A stretch of 64,000 nucleotides of DNA, from the NCBI GenBank assembly GCA_963771045.1, contig CAVYRW010000004.1, positions 1,056,001 through 1,120,000 on the forward strand, given 5' to 3'. Below, in pieces: positions 21,975 through 31,202 of this stretch. Positions within the stretch are counted from its first letter, which is position 1, and each line of letters starts with the position of its first letter. The notes beneath the pieces are model-generated. The model searched no databases, was not told the origin of the DNA, and saw only the letters and a program-made list of their open reading frames with translations. Origin of the DNA: Waddliaceae bacterium (GTDB taxonomy: Bacteria > Chlamydiota > Chlamydiia > Chlamydiales > SLFE01). The position numbers and the translations under genes are program-made.

Positions 21975-23940
21975 TATTTTTTCTATCCTGGTAAAGCGAT
22001 CGAACCAATTCCGGTTCGGCCAGCGTTGATATATCTCCCAGGTTTTCAAGGTCGTTTTCCGCTATCTTGCGTAAAACCCTTCTCATGATCTTTCCTGACC
22101 TGGTTTTTGGCAAATTTGGGGTGTATTGGACATACTTCATATCGGCAATCGGTCCGATTTCCCTTTTTAACAGCTGCAAAAGTTCGGCAGTCATTTTCTC
22201 GGAAGGTTCAGCTGTGTCGACCAAAGTAATAAAAGCATACAGCCCTTGTCCCTTGACATTATCGGGGACGGGAACGACGGCAGCTTCGGCAACGGCCTCG
22301 TGCTCGACCAGGGCGCTTTCAATTTCTGCGGTTCCAAATCTGTGACCCGATATGTTGACAACGTCATCAATTCGTCCGAGAAGCCAGTAGTCTCCGTCTT
22401 TATCTTTTCTTGCCCCGTCGCCGGTAAAGTAAACGTCCTTAAATGTTGAAAAATAAGTATCAATGAATGCCTGATGGTCTCCCCAGGTCGTTCTCATCAT
22501 GCCGGGCCAGGGCTTTTTGATGCAAAGAGAGCCCCCTTCGTCAATATCGCATTCAGTTCCATCTTCTCTTAGGATAACCGGCTCTATGCCGAAAAACGGT
22601 TTGATGGCAGATCCCGGCTTCAGTGTGTGGCAATAAGGCATTGGAGAGATGAGGATGCCCCCTGTTTCTGTCTGCCACCAGGTGTCGACGACAGGAGTTT
22701 TGCCATGTCCTATGATTTCATAATACCACATCCAGGTTTCGGGATTGATCGGCTCTCCGACGGTCCCTAACAGCTTGAGGGAGCTGAGATCGTATTTTTG
22801 CGGCCAGGTCTCTCCATGGCTGATCAGTGTTCTGATAGCGGTTGGCGCTGTATAAAACTTGGTCACTCGGTGTTTTTCGACTACCTGCCAAAAACGGCCG
22901 GGATCGGGATAGGTCGGAATGCCTTCAAACATAAGAGTGGTCGAACCGTTTGCAAGAGGGCCGTAAACTACATAACTATGGCCTGTGATCCACCCGAGGT
23001 CGGCGGTGCACCAGAACAGATCGTCATTTTGGATATCAAAAACTGTTCGATGACTCAAAGAGGCATGAAGAAGGTATCCTGCCTGCGTATGGACGACTCC
23101 CTTGGGCTTTCCTGTAGATCCGGATGTATAGAGGATAAAGAGGGGATCTTCGGCTTTCATCTCCTCGGGAGGGCAGTCGGCACTGGATTTGTCCATCAGA
23201 TCGTGATACCAGTAATCCCTGCCGTTTTCCATCGGACAGGCCTCTTCTGTTCTTCTCAAAACAATCATCGATTCCACTGAGGGGGAATTCAGCAGCGCCT
23301 CGTCGGCTATCTTTTTTAAGGAAATTTTCTTCCCTCCGCGCAATCCTTCATTTGCTGTAATCAGCAGCTTGCAGCCCGAATCCTCAATACGGTGGCTGAG
23401 CGATTCGGCGCTGAATCCTCCAAATACGACGGAATGGACGGCCCCGATGCGAGCGCAGGCCAGCATGGCTATGGCCAGCTCGGGCACCATAGGCATGTAA
23501 AGACATACACGGTCGCCTTTGGCAATCTTGAATGACTTGAGAACATTGGCAAAACTACACACTTCTTTGTGCAGCGTATTGTAATCGATAATCAGCCAAT
23601 CGTTGTCATTGTCTCCCTGCCAGACAATAGCGGGCTGTTTACCTCTTTTTTCAAGGTGCCGGTCAAGACAATTGACAGACACATTCAACACGCCGTCTTC
23701 GAACCATGTGTGCCTCACGGTTCTTTTTGCCGAATCCCACTCGTATTTTCCGGCGATTTCCGGTTCCTTGATCCATTGAAGCGAATTGGACATCTCCAGC
23801 CAAAATTCATCGCTTTCGTTAAGTGATCGCTCATACATGTCATCATATTGCTTTACATTTCTTACATAAGCCGCTGCACTGTAGGGAGGAGGAAAATGCC
23901 TTTTTTCCTGCAGATGATGTTCAACGGATTCATCGGTCAT
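21955..23940 (-). CDS. acs: Acetate--CoA ligase (acetyl-CoA synthetase)
   Basis: YTSGSTGKPKG, DTWWQTETGG, PKTRSGKIMRR. AGGAG RBS before the ATG at 23940. Confidence 0.98.
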   Translation of the reverse strand: MTDESVEHHLQEKRHFPPPYSAAAYVRNVKQYDDMYERSLNESDEFWLEMSNSLQWIKEPEIAGKYEWDSAKRTVRHTWFEDGVLNVSVNCLDRHLEKRGKQPAIVWQGDNDNDWLIIDYNTLHKEVCSFANVLKSFKIAKGDRVCLYMPMVPELAIAMLACARIGAVHSVVFGGFSAESLSHRIEDSGCKLLITANEGLRGGKKISLKKIADEALLNSPSVESMIVLRRTEEACPMENGRDYWYHDLMDKSSADCPPEEMKAEDPLFILYTSGSTGKPKGVVHTQAGYLLHASLSHRTVFDIQNDDLFWCTADLGWITGHSYVVYGPLANGSTTLMFEGIPTYPDPGRFWQVVEKHRVTKFYTAPTAIRTLISHGETWPQKYDLSSLKLLGTVGEPINPETWMWYYEIIGHGKTPVVDTWWQTETGGILISPMPYCHTLKPGSAIKPFFGIEPVILREDGTECDIDEGGSLCIKKPWPGMMRTTWGDHQAFIDTYFSTFKDVYFTGDGARKDKDGDYWLLGRIDDVVNISGHRFGTAEIESALVEHEAVAEAAVVPVPDNVKGQGLYAFITLVDTAEPSEKMTAELLQLLKREIGPIADMKYVQYTPNLPKTRSGKIMRRVLRKIAENDLENLGDISTLAEPELVRSLYQDRKNNEPILR

Positions 23941-24036
23941 TGAGCTGTCTCCTGAAATTTGAAATAATGAATATCTAAACACAAATCGAATATTTTTTAA
24001 ACCGGTAAATTAACCGTTATATTATAATTTGTCATT

Positions 24037-24660
24037 ATGTTGATACACAATGCTAAAGTTCGCCTGTCCCCGGGAAGGGGAATTGGCCTCTTTGCTACAG
24101 AAGATATACCTACGGGGACAGTCATCTGGTGTCCTTGCGATAAATGCGAATATTATGAAAAAGGGGTATTGGGTCACTGCTCCGATGAAATGGCTTTCAG
24201 GCTTGAAGAACATGGGTATTATCTTGTAAATGGCGATATTCTGATTCCCTGCCAAAATGCCTGTTACATGAATCACTCCTGCGAGGCGAATTGTTTGGAT
24301 TTCGGACTGGATTTTGGTCTTGCTGTCAAGCCGATAAAAAAAGACGAGGAAATTTTTTGCGATTATCGCAACTGGCAAAATGACCCTGATTGGGAATTTA
24401 ACTGCTGCTGTGGAACTGCCAGGTGTCAAAAAAAAATCAGTCCAAGGCATGGTGAAGCTCGTGATTTGCAGCAAGAATGGATGAGAAAACTTAATGGAGG
24501 ACTGAAGCAAATGGCATCAGTCCGGCAGGGACTTTTCGAAACATTGATAAGGTGCAGCCACCACTTCCCCCGGTTGATCCGCAACATCGGCCTGTTCGAT
24601 CACAAAACTGCTGTTACCGTTAGAGCGCCGCATTTCATCAAGGAAGGGGATAAGCTTTGA
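24037..24660 (+). CDS. SET domain protein-lysine methyltransferase with post-SET motif
   Basis: GxG motif GRGIGLFA, NHSCEANC, EEIFCDY and post-SET CCCGTARC. Confidence 0.9.
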   Translation: MLIHNAKVRLSPGRGIGLFATEDIPTGTVIWCPCDKCEYYEKGVLGHCSDEMAFRLEEHGYYLVNGDILIPCQNACYMNHSCEANCLDFGLDFGLAVKPIKKDEEIFCDYRNWQNDPDWEFNCCCGTARCQKKISPRHGEARDLQQEWMRKLNGGLKQMASVRQGLFETLIRCSHHFPRLIRNIGLFDHKTAVTVRAPHFIKEGDKL

Positions 24661-25761
24661 TACAAATCCTTCCTCTAGCGAATCTTTGTCTGTATTGACG
24701 GCATAAGAGAAAAAGATATGCTTTTCGTTTTCATTACGTGCGGGGAAATAGAGAATTCCGGCCTTAAAGCCCCATTGCTCTCCAACGGCCTGCCAAAAGC
24801 TGCACCCTTCCTGAAAACAAAGCTGCCAGATTCCCAGACTATAGCGGTACTCTTTAGCTTTAACAAGAGGGATTTTGTTATCAAAAGGATGAACGGGAAA
24901 ACAATGGCGTCGGCAATCATTTAGAAAATTTGTCTGAAAGATAAGGTTTCGAAATCCGATGAGAAGATCCTCAGGGGTACTTATCAGAGCTCCTGCCGAC
25001 CATTCGTCCCAACTGTCATCAACTAGGTCTGAGATATCAAGATAGTTTGAAACCGGAGATGTCGCAAACAAAGACACATTCAGCAAATTTATGGCGGCAT
25101 AGGCTCTGGCGATTTTTTCATTAAGGCTAATGTAAACCGAGCTTTTCGGCATTATCAGAGGTTCGGTCACATTATCCCTAACTGCCTCGATAAAGGGTTG
25201 TCCTGACAGCTCTTCGACAACGATGCCGAGTATTAAATAATTGAGGTTGGAATATTGGAAATCTTGACTCTCGTTATACTCACTATTGGCCAAAGCGAAT
25301 TCCACAAATGCCCAAGGCAAGATTGGTTTTTTTTTAAGTGAGGTGAACATTCGGAGGTAGGGAAATGTTTCCTGGAAATCGGGAAGGCCGGAAGTGTGGG
25401 TCAGAAGCTGCAATACGGTGATGTCTTTAAGGGGCGGGTATTTTTTGCATAATGTATCGAATCTTCCGCCCAATTCGTTTAATTTTGTTTGAATGGGTAA
25501 ATTTTTTCTTTGAAGAAGGTCAAAGACCAGAAAACCGGTGAATGTTTTGATCACACTGCCGCATTTGAACAAGGTGTCCGGCGTTATCTTTTCCTTGTTT
25601 CTGAGGTCGGCATAGCCTGCACAAAGTATTTCAGGGGGCTTGTCATTGACGGCGATAGCGGCGCAAACGCCCGGGGCATCAATACGCAATGTGAAATCGG
25701 CTGCCCGGCAAAGCAGCGCAGCCGATAAAAAGCATAAAATAAAGGGCAATCTTATTTTCAC
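24517..25761 (-). CDS. Secreted serine hydrolase (beta-lactamase-like / S12 peptidase family)
   Basis: GTG start and signal peptide; SxxK (GSVIK), LLTHTSGL, YSN, AGALIST. Last gene of the operon. Confidence 0.88.
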   Translation of the reverse strand: MKIRLPFILCFLSAALLCRAADFTLRIDAPGVCAAIAVNDKPPEILCAGYADLRNKEKITPDTLFKCGSVIKTFTGFLVFDLLQRKNLPIQTKLNELGGRFDTLCKKYPPLKDITVLQLLTHTSGLPDFQETFPYLRMFTSLKKKPILPWAFVEFALANSEYNESQDFQYSNLNYLILGIVVEELSGQPFIEAVRDNVTEPLIMPKSSVYISLNEKIARAYAAINLLNVSLFATSPVSNYLDISDLVDDSWDEWSAGALISTPEDLLIGFRNLIFQTNFLNDCRRHCFPVHPFDNKIPLVKAKEYRYSLGIWQLCFQEGCSFWQAVGEQWGFKAGILYFPARNENEKHIFFSYAVNTDKDSLEEGFVSKLIPFLDEMRRSNGNSSFVIEQADVADQPGEVVAAPYQCFEKSLPD

Positions 25762-25762
25762 C

Positions 25763-26995
25763 TTATGCGATAGCTCTCATTTTAAGCAGCTCAGTCAACA
25801 GTTTTTCACAAAGAGCTGTCTCGCTAAATGATGACAATACAACCTCTTCGCTTTTATTGAGTTTATCGATAAGCTCGATAAGTTCCTGATGGTTGTCCAT
25901 GCATTCACAATAGCCGTTTGCAGAAACAAAAAGCTGTCCGCTAGGCACTAGATCCCACATGATCGGAGCAGCCGAGCATTTTTTATAGGCACAGGAGGAT
26001 TCCAAACTGGCTTCGGCTTTTGGAGGAAGCCCCGCCACAGCGCAAGCTGTCTGGTGCATGATCCGCTGCTGATTCAGTTTGTCTTGGAAATCGAGGTTTT
26101 TGACAGCTTGGAAACAGTCATTGAGCTCTATAGACCAGCATTCCGAGGCGACTGTTTTATTCTCCTTGCCGAACTGATCCTTGATGGCCTCTTCAATCAC
26201 ATCCAATGTGACAGATTTTGCCCAGCCATCCATGTATACGGAGATATTGACGCACATGCAAAGCTCAGGAGAGCTTCCGACGTGCCAGTACAGTCCGGGG
26301 CAATAGGTAGCCTGGCCGGGGGCTGCGATAAAGGTTCCTCGATGTTCTTTTCTCCAGTTGATATCGCCTGTGCTTAGGTATTCTTCGGACCCTGTTGCAA
26401 GCTGGCCGATAGGGTTGTCTTCGGGCTTGGCAGCATGGGGAGGCCAGATGTAAAAATACTTATTACCGGAGATCGTAAAGTGGAAATTGTGGCAAGAGGC
26501 TCTGTGGATGCTTCCGGGTGTCTTAACATAGCGGCCTAAAAACATTTCCACATCGATGGATCCTTTGGGGATGCCGGTCTGCTGAATAAACGGGTATAAA
26601 AAGTGTTGTACGCGCTCTGTGAGGACCGGAGAGTATTGGGTAATCTGGTTGATAAAGATCATGAAGTCTTTATTTCCAGTCATCTGATCCAATCTGGAAA
26701 CAAAGCTTTCGAGGTTGGCATCTTCAGGGGAAGGGAGGTGCCTTTTGACCTGATGCAGCATTTGTTTAGAATCGACAAACATTTTCAGATCGGCGAACTT
26801 TCCTTTGTTTCGGTATTTTTCCGAAGCTTCAACCACGATATCAAAAATTTCTTGTTCCGTTGCCAGCGGGACCTGAAATTGCATCAGCTTCCCTTTTTGA
26901 CACCAAGTGGCATCGACAAATTCTTTCCAGCTCGATTCGTCAAGGCAGGGTCCTTCGATTTGATTCTTTTTTTCTGATTCAATAGCGCAAACCAT
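25763..26995 (-). CDS. JmjC/cupin-fold Fe(II)/2-oxoglutarate oxygenase-like protein
   Basis: FLGRY..TP..IH, GNKYFYIWP, PGQATYCPGLYWH cupin pattern with a winged-helix-like C-terminus; the metal motif reads HRA. Confidence 0.75.
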   Translation of the reverse strand: MVCAIESEKKNQIEGPCLDESSWKEFVDATWCQKGKLMQFQVPLATEQEIFDIVVEASEKYRNKGKFADLKMFVDSKQMLHQVKRHLPSPEDANLESFVSRLDQMTGNKDFMIFINQITQYSPVLTERVQHFLYPFIQQTGIPKGSIDVEMFLGRYVKTPGSIHRASCHNFHFTISGNKYFYIWPPHAAKPEDNPIGQLATGSEEYLSTGDINWRKEHRGTFIAAPGQATYCPGLYWHVGSSPELCMCVNISVYMDGWAKSVTLDVIEEAIKDQFGKENKTVASECWSIELNDCFQAVKNLDFQDKLNQQRIMHQTACAVAGLPPKAEASLESSCAYKKCSAAPIMWDLVPSGQLFVSANGYCECMDNHQELIELIDKLNKSEEVVLSSFSETALCEKLLTELLKMRAIA

Positions 26996-27004
26996 GTGTT
27001 TCTC

Positions 27005-28894
27005 CTATTTGTATAATGATATTTTTGTATTCTCGGAAATCCATGAGAGGCTGTTTTCCCACGATAGATCGGGAAAACCGAGCCGATCCCTTAATTGCTT
27101 AGAAAACTCGGGCATAATTGGGTAAAGACCTATGGCAAATTGTTTCAAAGCGAGCAGTTCCAACGAGACTTGGGTCGGGAAGGTCTCCGGATCGAGGGGG
27201 CTTACCTGATTGAGGTAATCGGCCAGCTGTTCCATAAATCCGGCGAGCGCCTCTGCGGCCTGCTTATTTGAGAATGACGCTGGAGTATAGCAGCTTCGAA
27301 TTTGTTTTCTAAAGAAAACCAATTCATTAAAGAATTGTCTGTCCCTTTCACTCCAGAGATAAGGTGAAGAAGCGGCGCCTCCCCAGGTTTCAAGATGTTT
27401 TTCTATGGATTTCAACGTCTCTTGCCATTTTCCGCATACGACCGTCTCAACAAATTCTTCGTATTGATTGACCGAAAAATTCGTGCGGCTCTGTTCCGGA
27501 CTTTGCAAAGAGAGATAAAACCGCGTCGGTTCTACAGTCTCTTCATTGATATGCGACAGCAGCCAGATGGCATGCTTGCGGCTTGTGGAGAATTTTTCGT
27601 TATCGAGTAAAAAGAATTCGTTTGAAATCAATCCAACTGGAAGCGCGCATGTGTTTAACGCCATAAAAATCGCGGGAAATAAAAAGCAGTTAAAAAAAGC
27701 ATTGTCCTTGCCGAAACATTGGATCAGTTTTTTATCCGGGTAGTGGGTTTCAGAGAAAAAGTGGTGGGCAAGACCCATTTCGAACCAAACAGAGATGACC
27801 TGACCGCTGTCTGCCGGCACAGGAACTCCCCAATCAAAGGGGAAGGAGACCGGATAATCAGGTAGAGGTTTTCTTAAGATCGATTGACACCAATTTCTAA
27901 GAGAGCTGTTCATTGGGCACTCCTGCAGAAATGTTTCGATTTTTTCTCTAAAAGGCTCAAGAGGAAAAAAGTATCTTTCTGTTTCAATCTTTTGAATGTC
28001 TCCCGAAGTCACTGTCGATTGAGGAGCGTCTATCTGCTGGCAATCATGGACATAGGCACACTCTTCGCAGAGATTGCCCCTGCAGCGAGCATGGCAATAG
28101 GGGCAAAAACCGGACAGGAAAGCTTCAAAAAGAAAAATGCCTTCTGAATCAATAAAACCCTCTTCTTTTCTTTTAACGAGTGTGCCCGATTGGCAGAGGG
28201 AGAGAAATCTCTTCTGAATTTGTTCTTGATAGCCTAGTATCGCATCCGGTTTTGTAAAACGGTCCAATTCGACTTTGCTTTGGGCAAGAGCCTCTTCGAT
28301 ACGTCTTCCGAATTGCTTAGCCGTTTCTTTGTTTGAGATCTTAAGATCGCGAGCCTTTTGAGCGGTATAGCTTTGATGGTCGTCTTGTCCTGTTTGATGG
28401 ACGGCATGGGTACCTTCAAGAAGCATCCCTCTTCTTAAGATATCAGCCCTCAAATAGGGGCCGCTTAAATGGCCAAGATGAAGATCGCCGTTTGGAGTTG
28501 GGGGAGTCGATGTAATGACATAGTCAAAAGCCTGCTGTTTTGTAGCGCCCTTTTCAAACCAGTTCATATCTTCCCACCAAAGGCTTAAGAAAACTAGGGA
28601 CGAATCATTTGCTGTGTTTGTCACAGAATGCTCTTCAAAGGGAAGGAATTGCATGATTGCGTTTGAGTTAAACGGAAGCCTTTTTTTACCGGATCTTACC
28701 TCGCCCTTGCCTTGAAGGTGGATAAATATCTCGCAGTCATGGTGGATATGGGCAGAGGTCGTCTCGCCTGGCTGCAGGACGAGATACGCGGCTTTCATCG
28801 GGGGACTTGGTTTCTCCAGCCCGAATTCAATCTTTTGAAACCCGGCGTTGAAAAGCCGCTTACATTCTTTAGGGCAAAGTTTTATTTCCTGCAT
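27005..28894 (-). CDS. Cupin / methionyl-tRNA-synthetase-like fusion (hydrazine synthetase, Spb40/Tri28/PyrN type)
   Basis: N-terminal cupin HIHHDCE...PFEEH...LSLWW. MetRS-like HIGH motif PTPNGDLHLGH, zinc knuckle CPYC...CEEC, KMSKS variant KFSTS. Clustered with a Lys N6-hydroxylase and an FAD oxidase. Confidence 0.9.
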   Translation of the reverse strand: MQEIKLCPKECKRLFNAGFQKIEFGLEKPSPPMKAAYLVLQPGETTSAHIHHDCEIFIHLQGKGEVRSGKKRLPFNSNAIMQFLPFEEHSVTNTANDSSLVFLSLWWEDMNWFEKGATKQQAFDYVITSTPPTPNGDLHLGHLSGPYLRADILRRGMLLEGTHAVHQTGQDDHQSYTAQKARDLKISNKETAKQFGRRIEEALAQSKVELDRFTKPDAILGYQEQIQKRFLSLCQSGTLVKRKEEGFIDSEGIFLFEAFLSGFCPYCHARCRGNLCEECAYVHDCQQIDAPQSTVTSGDIQKIETERYFFPLEPFREKIETFLQECPMNSSLRNWCQSILRKPLPDYPVSFPFDWGVPVPADSGQVISVWFEMGLAHHFFSETHYPDKKLIQCFGKDNAFFNCFLFPAIFMALNTCALPVGLISNEFFLLDNEKFSTSRKHAIWLLSHINEETVEPTRFYLSLQSPEQSRTNFSVNQYEEFVETVVCGKWQETLKSIEKHLETWGGAASSPYLWSERDRQFFNELVFFRKQIRSCYTPASFSNKQAAEALAGFMEQLADYLNQVSPLDPETFPTQVSLELLALKQFAIGLYPIMPEFSKQLRDRLGFPDLSWENSLSWISENTKISLYK

Positions 28895-29895
28895 AAAGCT
28901 ACCTGCTGGGTAAAATGGTTTTTTATCCGGTTGGCAAGGGCCGGAGCCAGACGGTATCCGGACCCCGACCCTGCTGTGACGGCTATGCGCCGGCCGGAGT
29001 CATCGACCTGAAAAACAGCGGGAGTAAAATCCTTGCTGTAGGCGTCGCAAAAGACGCGTCCTCCCATGACATTTGCCGCCATTTTTTTGCAATAGCGCGA
29101 CAAAATTGCTCGTCCCGATTGGAGAATTTTTTCGTTAAGGAAAAATTGTTCGGTTGGAAGGCAGTCCCATTGGCAGAGGGTAAAGCTGAATTTCCATTGA
29201 TTTGATTGGTAATCGGGAAGGAGGAAGGCGTCATCATCAAAGAAATAATAAAGAGGTGTCGTTTCATTTAATCGGATATCCGAGGCAATATGCAAACAGG
29301 CGATTTTTTTTGTCCGGATCCCTTTTGTTTTTTGTGTAAGCCAAGGGCCTGTCGCTTCGATGACTCTTTCACTGTTGATAACAGATTGCAAAGAGTTGAA
29401 GATATAGCCGTTTTCACAGGATTCGACATTAAAAACCGGCGTGCCTTCAAAAATTTGGACGCCCTGTTTTTTCAGCCAGAGAGCCAGCTCTTTGCATGTC
29501 GCGTAGACATCGCCGGAATAGGCTGCCGCACCTTTCAAATGAAGGCGATTGAACTTGCCTTCTATGGGAGCGTCCAACTCTGCTAAGACAGCTTTTTTTG
29601 CCTCTTCAAGACTATTGGAGGAAACGACAACGCTTAAAGGATGATGCCTGATATCGAGTTCGGGAACAATTGACTTGAGTTTTTTCCACTGCTCGATGCT
29701 TTCTAAAGTCAATCGCCTCTTTTCCTCTGTGCGTCCGATCGGGAAGTCGACGCCGAGTGAATATAGACTGGCGCCCGTACCGACTAAAGATTTTTCAAAA
29801 ATCGCTATAGTCCAATCGGGCCTTTCGGCTTTAATCATTGCAGCGGAAGTCAACCCAATGATGCCGCCGCCGATAACAGAAAGATCCAACTTCAT
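28882..29895 (-). CDS. FAD-dependent oxidoreductase (D-amino acid oxidase-like; Spb39/Tri27 type)
   Basis: VIGGGIIG, GTGASLYS.G, ATGPW, FCDAYS, AGSGSGYRLAPALA. Confidence 0.88.
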   Translation of the reverse strand: MKLDLSVIGGGIIGLTSAAMIKAERPDWTIAIFEKSLVGTGASLYSLGVDFPIGRTEEKRRLTLESIEQWKKLKSIVPELDIRHHPLSVVVSSNSLEEAKKAVLAELDAPIEGKFNRLHLKGAAAYSGDVYATCKELALWLKKQGVQIFEGTPVFNVESCENGYIFNSLQSVINSERVIEATGPWLTQKTKGIRTKKIACLHIASDIRLNETTPLYYFFDDDAFLLPDYQSNQWKFSFTLCQWDCLPTEQFFLNEKILQSGRAILSRYCKKMAANVMGGRVFCDAYSKDFTPAVFQVDDSGRRIAVTAGSGSGYRLAPALANRIKNHFTQQVALCRK

Positions 29896-29910
29896 AATCT
29901 ACCTATTTGT

Positions 29911-31200
29911 TTACACAATCGGCTCGAGTACGGGGTGCTGATGCGCCCTTTCTTTTGAGCTGCTGTGAAGAGGATAAATTTCTTGTCCGCATAAGCTATT
30001 GACAATCATAGCCGACCGCCATGCCATCAAACTTAAATTGGCATCGGCAACACCTCGACAATGCCGCGATCCATTCTGGATATAGATTTTGGCTTTGTCG
30101 GTATAATCCCATTGAACGGAGTAATCCTCGTTAGTCTGTAAATGGCCGTCTTCTGTAGATGAAATATATTCTTGCAGAGATTTTAAATAAGTAGGAAACT
30201 CCCAGCGGTATCCTGTACTCAGGATAACATAATCAACAAGGCGGGAAGACTGGTTTTTTTCAAGGATATTGTAATAAGAAACATTCCATTGATCTTCTTC
30301 TTTTTCGATTTTGTTGACTTGGGTATTGGTATGGATTTCGAGTCCCTTCCATCCATCACGGAATTTTAACTGATACCACCTCTGATAGAGGTCTCTCAGA
30401 AGTTCGTCGTTGATTCCGTCGCTTGCCAATTTATGTTGATTGAGCAGGATTTTTTTGACGTCTCTTTCCTTGAGGAAAAATTGCTCGACATAATTGGGAG
30501 TGAACCAATCATTGGCAAACGGGGAGTCATCAAGGGGGGCCAGATGGCTTCTGCGGGTGAGCCAGCAGAGACTCTCCGGGAGGGCATCGTTTGATGACAA
30601 GATGTCATTGACGATCTCAGCCCCTGTCTGGCCTCCACCTACAACAATTGCTCTTCGCCCTTTTAAATCGGGCTTGATCTCAAGAAAGCGGCTGGCATGG
30701 AACATGGTTTTTTGCGAAGACGGCAGGTGAAATGATGGAATGTTTGGGGCAAGTCCGGTGCCAATTACAATATGCCGCGATTTCACAAATTTATCCTGAT
30801 AAAAAATATGAAAATAAGGCTCGTGAAACTCCACTTTCTTTACCTTTGAGTCAAAACATATATTATCCACCGAATTGCAGACCCATTGTAGATACTGTTC
30901 AAACTCCCACCTCCTGGGGGTTTCAAACTTGGCATTAAGATGGGTATAAAAGCGGTTGTGGCGCTTGAGGAAATTCAAAAAACTATAAGGACTCATCGGA
31001 TCGACCAAAGTGACAAGGTCTTTCAAATAGGAAACTTGTAAATTGGAATTGGGAAAGAGAAGCCCCGGATGCCAGGAAAAAGTTTCTTTGGCCTCTAAAA
31101 ACAGCGAATTAACCTGTTTAACAGGATGCAAAAGGGCCGCAAGACTTAAATTGAAGGGGCCGACGCCTATACCTACCAGATCATAAAGTTTTTGACCCAT
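29911..31200 (-). CDS. L-lysine N6-monooxygenase (IucD/SidA family)
   Basis: GIGVGPFNLSLAAL, FSWHPG, LQVSYLKDLVT, VVGGGQTGAE, STGY, HCRGVADANLSLMAWRS. Confidence 0.95.
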   Translation of the reverse strand: MGQKLYDLVGIGVGPFNLSLAALLHPVKQVNSLFLEAKETFSWHPGLLFPNSNLQVSYLKDLVTLVDPMSPYSFLNFLKRHNRFYTHLNAKFETPRRWEFEQYLQWVCNSVDNICFDSKVKKVEFHEPYFHIFYQDKFVKSRHIVIGTGLAPNIPSFHLPSSQKTMFHASRFLEIKPDLKGRRAIVVGGGQTGAEIVNDILSSNDALPESLCWLTRRSHLAPLDDSPFANDWFTPNYVEQFFLKERDVKKILLNQHKLASDGINDELLRDLYQRWYQLKFRDGWKGLEIHTNTQVNKIEKEEDQWNVSYYNILEKNQSSRLVDYVILSTGYRWEFPTYLKSLQEYISSTEDGHLQTNEDYSVQWDYTDKAKIYIQNGSRHCRGVADANLSLMAWRSAMIVNSLCGQEIYPLHSSSKERAHQHPVLEPIV

Positions 31201-31202
31201 AA

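Noticed and set aside
24517..25761. Antibiotic-resistance beta-lactamase
   Set aside because: SxxK and YxN are shared across the family, the KTG motif is absent, and the gene is coupled to a biosynthetic operon.
27005..28894. Housekeeping methionyl-tRNA synthetase (metG)
   Set aside because: The N-terminal cupin fusion, KFSTS in place of KMSKS and the operon context argue for a biosynthetic paralogue.
29911..31200. Hydroxamate siderophore pathway suggested by the IucD-like gene
   Set aside because: No IucA/IucC synthetase, N-acyltransferase, NRPS or TonB receptor nearby; the cupin-MetRS and FAD oxidase neighbours fit the hydrazine route.
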